Assembly: GCA_025358525.1 (NCBI GenBank)
Contig: JANYJI010000026.1
Coordinates: forward strand, 1-39,812
Direction of reading: 5' to 3'
Source: Chloroflexota bacterium
GTDB lineage: Bacteria; Chloroflexota; Limnocylindria; Limnocylindrales; CSP1-4
Length of the DNA: 39,812 nt
The stretch's first letter is position 1. The number at the start of each line of letters is the position of its first letter. A program made the translations under genes and the position numbers. Positions 9,168 through 16,760 of this stretch are shown here, piece after piece. The notes beneath the pieces were generated by a model. That model made no database searches. It was not told the DNA's origin and saw nothing but the letters and a program-made list of their open reading frames with translations.

Positions 9168-10433
9168 ATGAGCGAACATAATGCCGCCGCGGTGAACCCA
9201 TTGGATGAGTTCCCACCGCGCGAGCATGGCGGTCCTGCAGACCGCCTGGTGGGCTTGGCGAGACGATGGCTGTCGGCAGTTCTATCGCGAGGCACTGCCA
9301 TGCCCGCAATCGCCAGCCTGGTCATCATCGCCGTCTTCTTCCAGTCGCAATCACAGTACTTTCTCTCGCCGGCCAACCTGAGTAACCTCGCGGTGCAGGC
9401 CACGTTGGTCGCGATAATTGCCCTCGGCGAAATCGTCGTCCTTCTCCTCGGGGAAATCGACCTGTCCCTCGGCTCGATGGCGGGAGTGACGGCGGCTATC
9501 CTGGGCGTTTTGATCACGAACGGGCACGTGCCCTGGTTTCTTGCCATCTTCATCATGCTCGCCTGCGGGGCGGCGATGGGGGCCTTTCAGGGCTGGTGGA
9601 TCTCCTGGCTGGGGATCCCGTCCTTCGTGGTCACGCTGGCGGGTATGCTGGGCTTCCTCGGACTGCAGCTGTGGATTCTCGGGCCCCAGGGCACGCTTAG
9701 TATTTTCGATCCCAATATCGCAGCGCTGACCGGCACGGAGCTGCCCCCGTTAGTCGGCTGGATCCTGGCCGCCCTCGTCGTTGCCGCCGTCCTTGTACGC
9801 GGCGCCCGCGGCGCAAGCGGCGCAAGCGGCGCCCTTGGCGAGCATCGCGTGCGGGCCGTCAAATCGCTCGGCTTGCCAGTCTTGATTGCCGTGGTGATCG
9901 TTGGCGCCATAGCGGTCTTCAACGCGTCCCGTGGCGTCCCTACCGCATTCCTGATTCTGATCGGGCTGCTGGTCGTCGGCTGGTGGATCACGATGCATAC
10001 CAGCCCGGGTCGGCACCTGTTCGCCGTCGGCGGTAACGCCGAGGCGGCCCGCCGAGCCGGTATCCCAGTCAGGCGAATTCGGCTGGTCGCGTTCGCCCTC
10101 TCGGGCACTCTTGCGGCGACCGGCGGTCTCATCGCTGCTTCCTACAACGGGTCGGCAGGCACGCTCACCGGTGGCGGGACTCTGCTGCTCGAGGCAATCG
10201 GAGCCGCGGTTATCGGCGGCACGAGCCTGTTCGGTGGCCGGGGTAGCGTATGGTCCGCCCTCGTTGGGTCGCTCATCATGGCAGGCGTGGCCAACGGCCT
10301 CGACCTGACCAATAGCGATCAACCGATCAAGTACATGGTCCAGGGGATAATTGTCCTGCTCGCCGTCTCTCTCGACACCGTTCTCCGGCAGCGCCAGAGC
10401 CGGGGGCGTCACATGGGAGGGGCCCATGCCTGA
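9168..10433 (+). CDS. Sugar ABC transporter permease (CUT2, XylH/RbsC-like)
   Basis: 421-aa polytopic membrane ORF. Motifs GEIDLSLGSMAG, RHLFAVGGNAEAARRAGIPV and GGTSLFGGRGSV are typical of BPD_transp_2 permeases. Confidence 0.85.
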   Translation: MSEHNAAAVNPLDEFPPREHGGPADRLVGLARRWLSAVLSRGTAMPAIASLVIIAVFFQSQSQYFLSPANLSNLAVQATLVAIIALGEIVVLLLGEIDLSLGSMAGVTAAILGVLITNGHVPWFLAIFIMLACGAAMGAFQGWWISWLGIPSFVVTLAGMLGFLGLQLWILGPQGTLSIFDPNIAALTGTELPPLVGWILAALVVAAVLVRGARGASGASGALGEHRVRAVKSLGLPVLIAVVIVGAIAVFNASRGVPTAFLILIGLLVVGWWITMHTSPGRHLFAVGGNAEAARRAGIPVRRIRLVAFALSGTLAATGGLIAASYNGSAGTLTGGGTLLLEAIGAAVIGGTSLFGGRGSVWSALVGSLIMAGVANGLDLTNSDQPIKYMVQGIIVLLAVSLDTVLRQRQSRGRHMGGAHA

Positions 10434-10488
10434 ACGACCCGCGGCACGCTCACATGCAACGGCCACATTAGCGACGGGGTGAGTTGAC

Positions 10489-11250
10489 ATGACCCACGAC
10501 GATACCTGGAGCATCAAGGCGCTCGACACGGGGACTTCCGTGGTCGAGGGGTCCGTCCTCACTTACCTCCGGCATTGCGGCGAACCGGTGAGCATCCCAC
10601 GGGTGATTTGGGTCCTGGAGGGATCCACCACCATCGTCGTCGATACCAGCGTGAACCCCCTCCGGAAGCCCAACGAGTTCATGGGAGAGTCGTTCGAGCG
10701 GAGCCAGGACCAGATTCCGGAGAATGCCCTCAAGGCCGCCGGGGTGGCTCCCAAGGACGTCGAGTGGGTCATCCTGACGCACCTGCACTGGGATCACGCC
10801 GGCAACTGCGACCTTTTCCCTGAGGCTCGTATCGTCGTGCAGGAGGCTGAACTGCGCTACGCAATCGCCCCAGGGCGGTTCTTCAGACGTGGCTACCTGA
10901 GCCCAGAGAGCGGCTGGCCGCTACCCCCGTCGTACGTCGTGCCGAATCTAGCAACCGTGCGCGGGGTGTACGAAGTTGCCCCGGGGGTTACGGTCGTGCC
11001 TGTACCTGGCCACACTCCGGGCTCCCAAGCGGTAATCGTTCAAACGGCATCTGGCCCGTACTGCATCACCGGCGACGCGATGATGACCTACGACAACATT
11101 GAGTCAGATGTCCCGCCCGGGTACCATACTGATGTCGACGCGGCGATGGACTCCCTCGACTTAATGAGGGCCCGTTCGTCGCTGTTGCTACCGTCCCACG
11201 ACTATGCGGTGTTCCGCGATCGACCAGTCACGCTGATTGCGTCACGATGA
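10489..11250 (+). CDS. MBL-fold metallo-hydrolase (lactonase-like)
   Basis: 253-aa ORF. HLHWDHAGN (HxHxDH) plus a downstream PGHTPGS histidine. Confidence 0.8.
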   Translation: MTHDDTWSIKALDTGTSVVEGSVLTYLRHCGEPVSIPRVIWVLEGSTTIVVDTSVNPLRKPNEFMGESFERSQDQIPENALKAAGVAPKDVEWVILTHLHWDHAGNCDLFPEARIVVQEAELRYAIAPGRFFRRGYLSPESGWPLPPSYVVPNLATVRGVYEVAPGVTVVPVPGHTPGSQAVIVQTASGPYCITGDAMMTYDNIESDVPPGYHTDVDAAMDSLDLMRARSSLLLPSHDYAVFRDRPVTLIASR

Positions 11251-11381
11251 CAGCCAGTGGACGTTCGCCGATCGGGACAGAGCGCGTTGGGGCGTCCACC
11301 GCGGCCGTGCACGGGTCAAATCGAACCGGGCAGGACGCCGTTGGAACAAGTCATTGGCACGCGCCAGCAGAGTGAGGGAGC

Positions 11382-12425
11382 ATGGGCAGGCGAGCGTCCT
11401 GGCGAGTGACCATCGTCGATGTCGCACACGCGGCAGGGGTCTCCGTCTCAACGGTGTCCCGGGTCCTCCGTGAGCACGTGGATGTTCAAGCGGAAACCCG
11501 CGCCAGGGTTCAGGCGGCGATCAACGAGCTAGACTACCGGCCTTCTCCGATTGCCCGAGCGCTCGTCTCCGGCGAGACGCGCCTGCTCGCACTCTTGGTG
11601 AGCGATATCACTAACCCCTTCTACCCCCAGCTTGCGAAGAGCATCGAGCATGAGGCAGTCGGGACCGGCCACACGGTCGTGATCTGCAACACGGGAGATC
11701 AGGTCGCCGAGACGTCCCGGCATCTGACGCGCCTTCTCGGTCAGGGACTCGATGGCGTAATCCATGCCGCGGTTGGGCTCGATGAGGCCGCCGTGCTGTC
11801 GCTCTTGGGTGACTACCGACGTGTCGTATTCACCAACCGACAGCCGATGAGCACATCGGTTAGCTACGTGGTGTCCGACAACTTCGGTGGGGCCGCGGAG
11901 CTGACCCGCCACTTGCTTTCGAGCGGCCACCGGAGAATCGGGTTCATCTGCGGGCCTTCGTACGCGCGAAATGCAACCGAGCGGCTGCGGGGCTTCACGC
12001 ACGCCATGGGTGAGGTCGCGGATGCCGAGGGGGCCGTAGCGCAGGGGGAGTTCTCCAAGAACAGTGGAGAGCGGGCGGTGACCAAGTGGCTAGATGAGAG
12101 TCGCGGCCTTACTGCGATCATCGCCATCAACGACGCAGTTGCTCTCGGTGCCATGGAAGTGCTGATTCAGCGAGGGCTGCGCATGCCGACAGACATGGCG
12201 CTCGCAGGGTTCGACGGGACGGAAGTTGCGGCATCGCCGGTCATGAGCCTCACCAGCGTCGACCAGCACATTGAGGAGATTGGACGCCAGGCGGTCAGGG
12301 TTCTGCTCAAGCAACTTGGGTCGGAAAAATACGTGCCCACCCAGGAAGTGCTGCCGACTCGCCTGCTACTGCGCGATAGTACCGAGGGCCCCGGTCGTCT
12401 TGGGCGGGGGCCGGGTCGGGCCTAG
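11382..12425 (+). CDS. LacI-family transcriptional regulator
   Basis: 347-aa ORF with GAGGGAG SD. N-terminal HTH VTIVDVAHAAGVSVSTVSRVL followed by a periplasmic-binding-like sugar sensor domain. Confidence 0.9.
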   Translation: MGRRASWRVTIVDVAHAAGVSVSTVSRVLREHVDVQAETRARVQAAINELDYRPSPIARALVSGETRLLALLVSDITNPFYPQLAKSIEHEAVGTGHTVVICNTGDQVAETSRHLTRLLGQGLDGVIHAAVGLDEAAVLSLLGDYRRVVFTNRQPMSTSVSYVVSDNFGGAAELTRHLLSSGHRRIGFICGPSYARNATERLRGFTHAMGEVADAEGAVAQGEFSKNSGERAVTKWLDESRGLTAIIAINDAVALGAMEVLIQRGLRMPTDMALAGFDGTEVAASPVMSLTSVDQHIEEIGRQAVRVLLKQLGSEKYVPTQEVLPTRLLLRDSTEGPGRLGRGPGRA

Positions 12426-12669
12426 CCCGAAAGGGCCCCAGCGGTCGGAACTGTCGAGGCGCGGCCATGGCGGACCCACCGACCGGGAGCGAGCGGCCTT
12501 GAGCATTGGAGCGAGCCTGCCCGCGGTCGACTAGCCGGTCGTCCGCAGGAGCCCTGGGAGGTTCGGTCCATGCGACGGGGCTCGCAGTGGTCGCGTGGAG
12601 GCGCTACCGTCGTGCGAAACGCGGCGGCCAGTCAGCGAGCCGATCGCCTGTGCGCCGCAGGAGACCGCA

Positions 12670-12996
12670 ATGAGCGAAAACGAGCATGGAACCTGGATGC
12701 CCGGATTAGGGTCCGTGCTCGACATCGGCGGCGACGTCGGCGCGCTCGTCCTCTACACCGACGCGCGATTCCTCGATCGGGAGGTTGAGATAAGCCCGCT
12801 CGGCGACGAGTCGCGGCGGGTTCACACGGCCATCCACGAGCGTCGGGTGGGGGAGCGGGTGCTGTTCGCAGGCGTCTATCCGGAGTTGTCAGCTGGCACG
12901 TACCGGATCTGGACCGACGATCCTTCGCTCCCGGATCGGGTCACGATCGTTGGCGGCGAGGTGGCCGAGTTGGACTGGCGGGCCGTCCGCGACTGA
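12670..12996 (+). CDS. Small conserved hypothetical protein
   Basis: The ORF track gives 12595-12996. An internal ATG at 12670 is preceded by CAGGAG. The sequence has coding-like composition and I recognise no family motif. Confidence 0.5.
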   Translation: MSENEHGTWMPGLGSVLDIGGDVGALVLYTDARFLDREVEISPLGDESRRVHTAIHERRVGERVLFAGVYPELSAGTYRIWTDDPSLPDRVTIVGGEVAELDWRAVRD

Positions 12997-13116
12997 GCCG
13001 CGGCCGGTAGGACGCTGAGGGGCGAAGGCGGAGCCGCGGCGACGAAGTTGTGGCGGGGCCCGGCGAGATGCCTACGCCGGGCCCAGGTTCCCGTCGGATC
13101 TGACTGGATCGAGCCG

Positions 13117-14478
13117 CTAGATGGCCGGCACGTCGAAGCCGGACTTCGGGTCCGCGAGATAGGGGAACTGGGAGATATACCGGCCGGCGCCGGGCCCAAC
13201 TCCGTCAGTCACCGCCGCTGCCGCCCCGTCGGGTGTGAACGTCGGGTCGACAAGAGGAATTGTCACGCCGGCGATCGCCCGGATCTCGATCGTTACCGCG
13301 TCATCGAAGACTCGACGGCCGTTCGGGTATCCCGCCAGGTCGCCACCGATGATGCCGAGGGGATTCGGCGAGGTGGAGGGCGGGATCGCCATGTTGAGAC
13401 GGAGCAGGTCGGCAGGTTTGGCGCTTGTGAGGTTCTGGAATCCGGGGACGATACCAGTCGGGATCCCCGTCATGAGGATCGCAGCCAGGTCTGCCCGAGG
13501 CTTCGCGTAGGCGGCGAGATGCGGGAAGACGCCCGGATAGAGGACCGGGAGAAGGCCGGCCAGTTCGGGATGCTGGACGAAATGAAGGAACTCGTCATCC
13601 TCCGAAGGCCGGAGCGAATTCCACTTGTCCTTCATGGCCATCGGAATCAGAACTTCGTTGACGAGCGGGTTGCCGAGCCGCGACACCTGAGTCCAAGGGC
13701 CCGTTTCGGACTCGCCGTCGTGAGCTCTGATCCGTGCCTTGCGGCGACTCGCGGACGCGTACACGCCGATGACCGAGCGCGCATCCGCCGCATTCGTGGG
13801 CCGGGACCCATCGTGCGTCAGCTGTGTCTTGGGGACCTGGATCGCGATGGTGTGGATGCTCAGGTCCTTGGTCGCGTCGACGCCCGGAGCCGCAGCCGTC
13901 GGAATGAGATGCAGGTTCTGGAACGGCCTCAGGTCGCCGAGATCGAAGATCGACCCGAGGTCGACGAAGAAGCCTTCGCGACGCTGGCCGGCGAACACCT
14001 TTATGCCGCCGGGCAGCGTGTGCACAGCAGCCTTTGCGAGGGCGTTGTAGCCCGGCGTCGAGCGCGGCCCGATGTTCACGGGCGGGCAGAGAAGCCCGGA
14101 GCCGAGGATCTCGGGCTTGTGCCCTTCGCTCACGCGGGTAACCGAGTACGTCTGGACTCGGTTCCAGTTCGGGCTTGTTAGCGACGTGATCGGCCCCGTG
14201 TTGTAAAGGAACGTATTCGGGTTGTGAACCGTCGTGTGGAATCGGAACTGGTAGGTGACTTCGTCCTCGTTGTCGCCGTCGTTGTCGACGTGGATCTCGT
14301 ACAGGACGTCGTGGCCGAACTCGTAAAAGTTCGGGCCGCCGGCGGGATTTTCGAGCGGGATGTAGTTGGCGATCAGCGTGACCGTGTCCGGGCGATCCGG
14401 GCTGACGAAGGCGTACAGGTCAGTGTTGTCGGCGACCGGATCCTGCGAGATGGACGGAGCCTCGCGATGAGACGACAT
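13117..14478 (-). CDS. DUF4331-domain protein
   Basis: 453-aa ORF starting MSSHREAPSISQDPVADNTDLYAFVSPD, the characteristic DUF4331 N-terminus. GGAGGG lies 8 nt upstream of the ATG. No N-terminal hydrophobic leader. Confidence 0.8.
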   Translation of the reverse strand: MSSHREAPSISQDPVADNTDLYAFVSPDRPDTVTLIANYIPLENPAGGPNFYEFGHDVLYEIHVDNDGDNEDEVTYQFRFHTTVHNPNTFLYNTGPITSLTSPNWNRVQTYSVTRVSEGHKPEILGSGLLCPPVNIGPRSTPGYNALAKAAVHTLPGGIKVFAGQRREGFFVDLGSIFDLGDLRPFQNLHLIPTAAAPGVDATKDLSIHTIAIQVPKTQLTHDGSRPTNAADARSVIGVYASASRRKARIRAHDGESETGPWTQVSRLGNPLVNEVLIPMAMKDKWNSLRPSEDDEFLHFVQHPELAGLLPVLYPGVFPHLAAYAKPRADLAAILMTGIPTGIVPGFQNLTSAKPADLLRLNMAIPPSTSPNPLGIIGGDLAGYPNGRRVFDDAVTIEIRAIAGVTIPLVDPTFTPDGAAAAVTDGVGPGAGRYISQFPYLADPKSGFDVPAI

Positions 14479-14480
14479 CG

Positions 14481-14768
14481 TTAGCCCTCCAGATTGGCTT
14501 GGCGAGCAGCCGCGAGCAGGCGGCCGACCAGCTGGGGATCTCGATGGATGACTTCGCTCGTGCCGACCATGATCGCGACATCGCCGGTCGACGCGTCGCG
14601 GACATGCGCAACGACGTCTTGACCGAGGGCGGAGAGGTCGGGCGCGCCGCTGGAAGTCCGCAAGCCCGGGATCGAAGCCAGCCTGTCAATCCCGCTGATA
14701 GCGACAACCCCGGCAATAAGGCTGAGCGAGCCAGTCTTCAATAGCGTGCGACGAGACAATTCAGCCAT
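14481..14768 (-). CDS. Small protein with twin-arginine (Tat) signal, partner of DUF4331
   Basis: 95-aa ORF with AAGGAG SD. N-terminus MAELSRRTLLKTGSLSLIAGVVAISG (S-R-R-x-L-L-K plus h-region). Its stop is 2 nt from the DUF4331 ATG. Confidence 0.6.
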   Translation of the reverse strand: MAELSRRTLLKTGSLSLIAGVVAISGIDRLASIPGLRTSSGAPDLSALGQDVVAHVRDASTGDVAIMVGTSEVIHRDPQLVGRLLAAARQANLEG

Positions 14769-15162
14769 GAATTCTCCTTAGTGGACGTTCTCGGTTGAGC
14801 CGCCCGGCGGCGGCCGAGCCAGAGGTTTGACGCGAGGCACCTCCACGTTCGCAGGCAGCCAGGCATGTGCTGCCGACCGGCCTACGGGGGCGGGCGACGC
14901 CTGGATCATTCACGTGTGGATATGTGCCCCTCCACCCGGCGACGGTTCCGTCGAGTGGGACGCCATCGGGGCATGCGCTAGATTTGGGGCAGAGGCAGCC
15001 AGGCGAACCCACTCGCTAACCTGTAACGCCGTGGCGCCGCAGGCCTGACTGACGAGCCCCAACGATCGGGTCCCGCCGCCGGATACAGCGGCCGAGAGCG
15101 AACCAGAGCTCCTCCGGCGAATTGCGTCCGCGGATCTCGCCGCCTTCGAGGCCCTCTACGAC

Positions 15163-15717
15163 TTGTATGGATCCCCCGCGTATGGCGTTGCGCTGAGAAT
15201 CACATTCGACGAGGCGCTCGCCCAGGACGTGGTCCAGGACGCATTCATCTCGGTCTGGCGCCACGCCGCGCGGTTCGATCCCGTCCGGGGCAGCGTGAAG
15301 ACGTGGCTGCTTGCGATCGTCCACAACCGCGCCGTCGACGAGGTGCGGCGCCGCCGCGAGACCGAGGGCTTCCCGGATCCCGAAGACCCGCCACCTCCGT
15401 TGACCAGGCAGGACGTCTGGGTGGAGGTCGCCGAGCGTCTAGACGCAACGACGCTTCGGGAGGCGTTCGCCGGGCTGCCGGAGCCTCAGCGTGAGGCGCT
15501 CTGGCTCGCATATTACGAAGGGTTAACCCAGGAGGAGATCGCCTCGCTGACGGGCACACCGCTCGGAACGATTAAGAGCCGGACGCGGCTCGGCCTGCTC
15601 GGTCTTCGCCGGCGCCTAGCAGCCGGCGGAGATCAAGGCGACGAGCAACCGGATCGCCAGTGTGGAGCCGGCCCTGAGGCGGACGACGCCCAAGCTTGGC
15701 CGGAGGGCGACCGATGA
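15163..15717 (+). CDS. ECF-type RNA polymerase sigma-70 family factor (true start probably upstream, see findings)
   Basis: The ORF-track start is TTG 15163. Region 2 (DVVQDAFISVWRHA) and region 4 (LTQEEIASLTGTPLGTIKSRTRLGL) are present. Sigma-like sequence ELLRRIASADLAAFEALYD continues in frame upstream to the stop at 15046-15048. Confidence 0.8.
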   Translation: MYGSPAYGVALRITFDEALAQDVVQDAFISVWRHAARFDPVRGSVKTWLLAIVHNRAVDEVRRRRETEGFPDPEDPPPPLTRQDVWVEVAERLDATTLREAFAGLPEPQREALWLAYYEGLTQEEIASLTGTPLGTIKSRTRLGLLGLRRRLAAGGDQGDEQPDRQCGAGPEADDAQAWPEGDR

Positions 15718-15761
15718 CTCCGAACCAGCCGGATGGTTAGGATCGCCGCCTCCGTGGCGCG

Positions 15762-16733
15762 TTAGCCTGCCAGAGAAACCGGGTTACCCGATGCCGCCGA
15801 CCGGAAGAGCGCGTCGATCGTGCGGGCCTGACCGAGCGCGTCGGCCCTGCCCAACAGCGGCTGCCCGTGGCCGAGGATCGCGGCGCTGAGGCTCTCCATC
15901 TCCAGGCGGTAGGCGTCATCCGGGACGCCGACGGGTTCAGCGCGGCCGTTCAGCTCGATTCCGCCCAGTTCGCCTTGCCATGGATCGCGCGAGACGAGGG
16001 TGCCCTTGCTGCCGACCGCCTCGAGGGAGCGCTGGGTAGACGTGAAGCCGGCAACGATCTCGGCGACCACGCCCGAGGGGAACCGCAGCAAGCCCGAGAA
16101 GCGCACGTCCACACCGGTCGGCCCGAGGGTCTGCTCGCCGAAGACCCGCACTGGCTCCGCTCCGGCGACCATGCGTGAGCCGCTGATCGTGTAGCAACCC
16201 AGGTCCATCAGGGCCCCGCCGTCGAGGCCGGGTTCGAGCCGGACGTCGCTGGTGGACGCCATCACGAAGCCGAAGGTGGAACGGATCGATTGGAGCTCAC
16301 CCACCTCGGGCAGCAGTTCCATGAAGCGGCGCGTCTGCGGCGAGTGGCGCCACATGAACGCCTCCATCAGCGACAGACCGGCCGCCTCAGCGGCATCGAA
16401 GGCCTCGACTACCTGCTCCGGGTGGCGCGAGTAGGGCTTCTCCGACAGGACGTGTTTGCCGGCCGCCAGGGCCAGCATCGTCATGGGGTGGTGCAGCGAA
16501 TTCGGGAGGGCGATGTAGACCGCGTCCACTGCCGGATCGGCCAGAAGAGCCTCATATGAGCCATGGACGCGGGCTATGCCGAACCTCGACCCGAACTCCG
16601 CCGCTCGATCGCGGCTTCTGCTGCCGACCGCGACCACGCTGAAGTTGGTCCCGCGATCGGCATCTTGCAACAACCTGGACGCGATGCTCCCGGGGCCGAG
16701 GATTCCCCAGCGGACCTTCTCTGAGGACGGCAT
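15762..16733 (-). CDS. Gfo/Idh/MocA-family NAD(P)-dependent oxidoreductase
   Basis: 323-aa ORF. VRWGILGPGSIASR Rossmann start and the VLSEKP motif. Confidence 0.85.
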   Translation of the reverse strand: MPSSEKVRWGILGPGSIASRLLQDADRGTNFSVVAVGSRSRDRAAEFGSRFGIARVHGSYEALLADPAVDAVYIALPNSLHHPMTMLALAAGKHVLSEKPYSRHPEQVVEAFDAAEAAGLSLMEAFMWRHSPQTRRFMELLPEVGELQSIRSTFGFVMASTSDVRLEPGLDGGALMDLGCYTISGSRMVAGAEPVRVFGEQTLGPTGVDVRFSGLLRFPSGVVAEIVAGFTSTQRSLEAVGSKGTLVSRDPWQGELGGIELNGRAEPVGVPDDAYRLEMESLSAAILGHGQPLLGRADALGQARTIDALFRSAASGNPVSLAG

Positions 16734-16760
16734 GCTTCTCCTTTCCCGATCAGGGCCTGT

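Noticed and set aside
12426-12669. Possible riboswitch (guanidine/ykkC-like) in the 245-nt region upstream of the small hypothetical gene
   Set aside because: Only scattered short similarities (CUAG, GGUCC, ACGG). The conserved ykkC core cannot be aligned by eye. A covariance-model scan would be needed before any claim.
13048-14181. 377-aa ORF on the plus strand
   Set aside because: It is antisense to the DUF4331 gene. It has an Arg-rich, low-information sequence, no SD and no family resemblance.
14476-14483. Tat-signal ORF and DUF4331 as one gene broken by a stop or frameshift (pseudogene)
   Set aside because: The ORFs are in different frames. The small ORF is 95 aa, much longer than a signal peptide. 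DUF4331 has its own GGAGGG SD and starts at the family's usual N-terminal motif. I kept the pair as a two-gene module but flagged it for checking.
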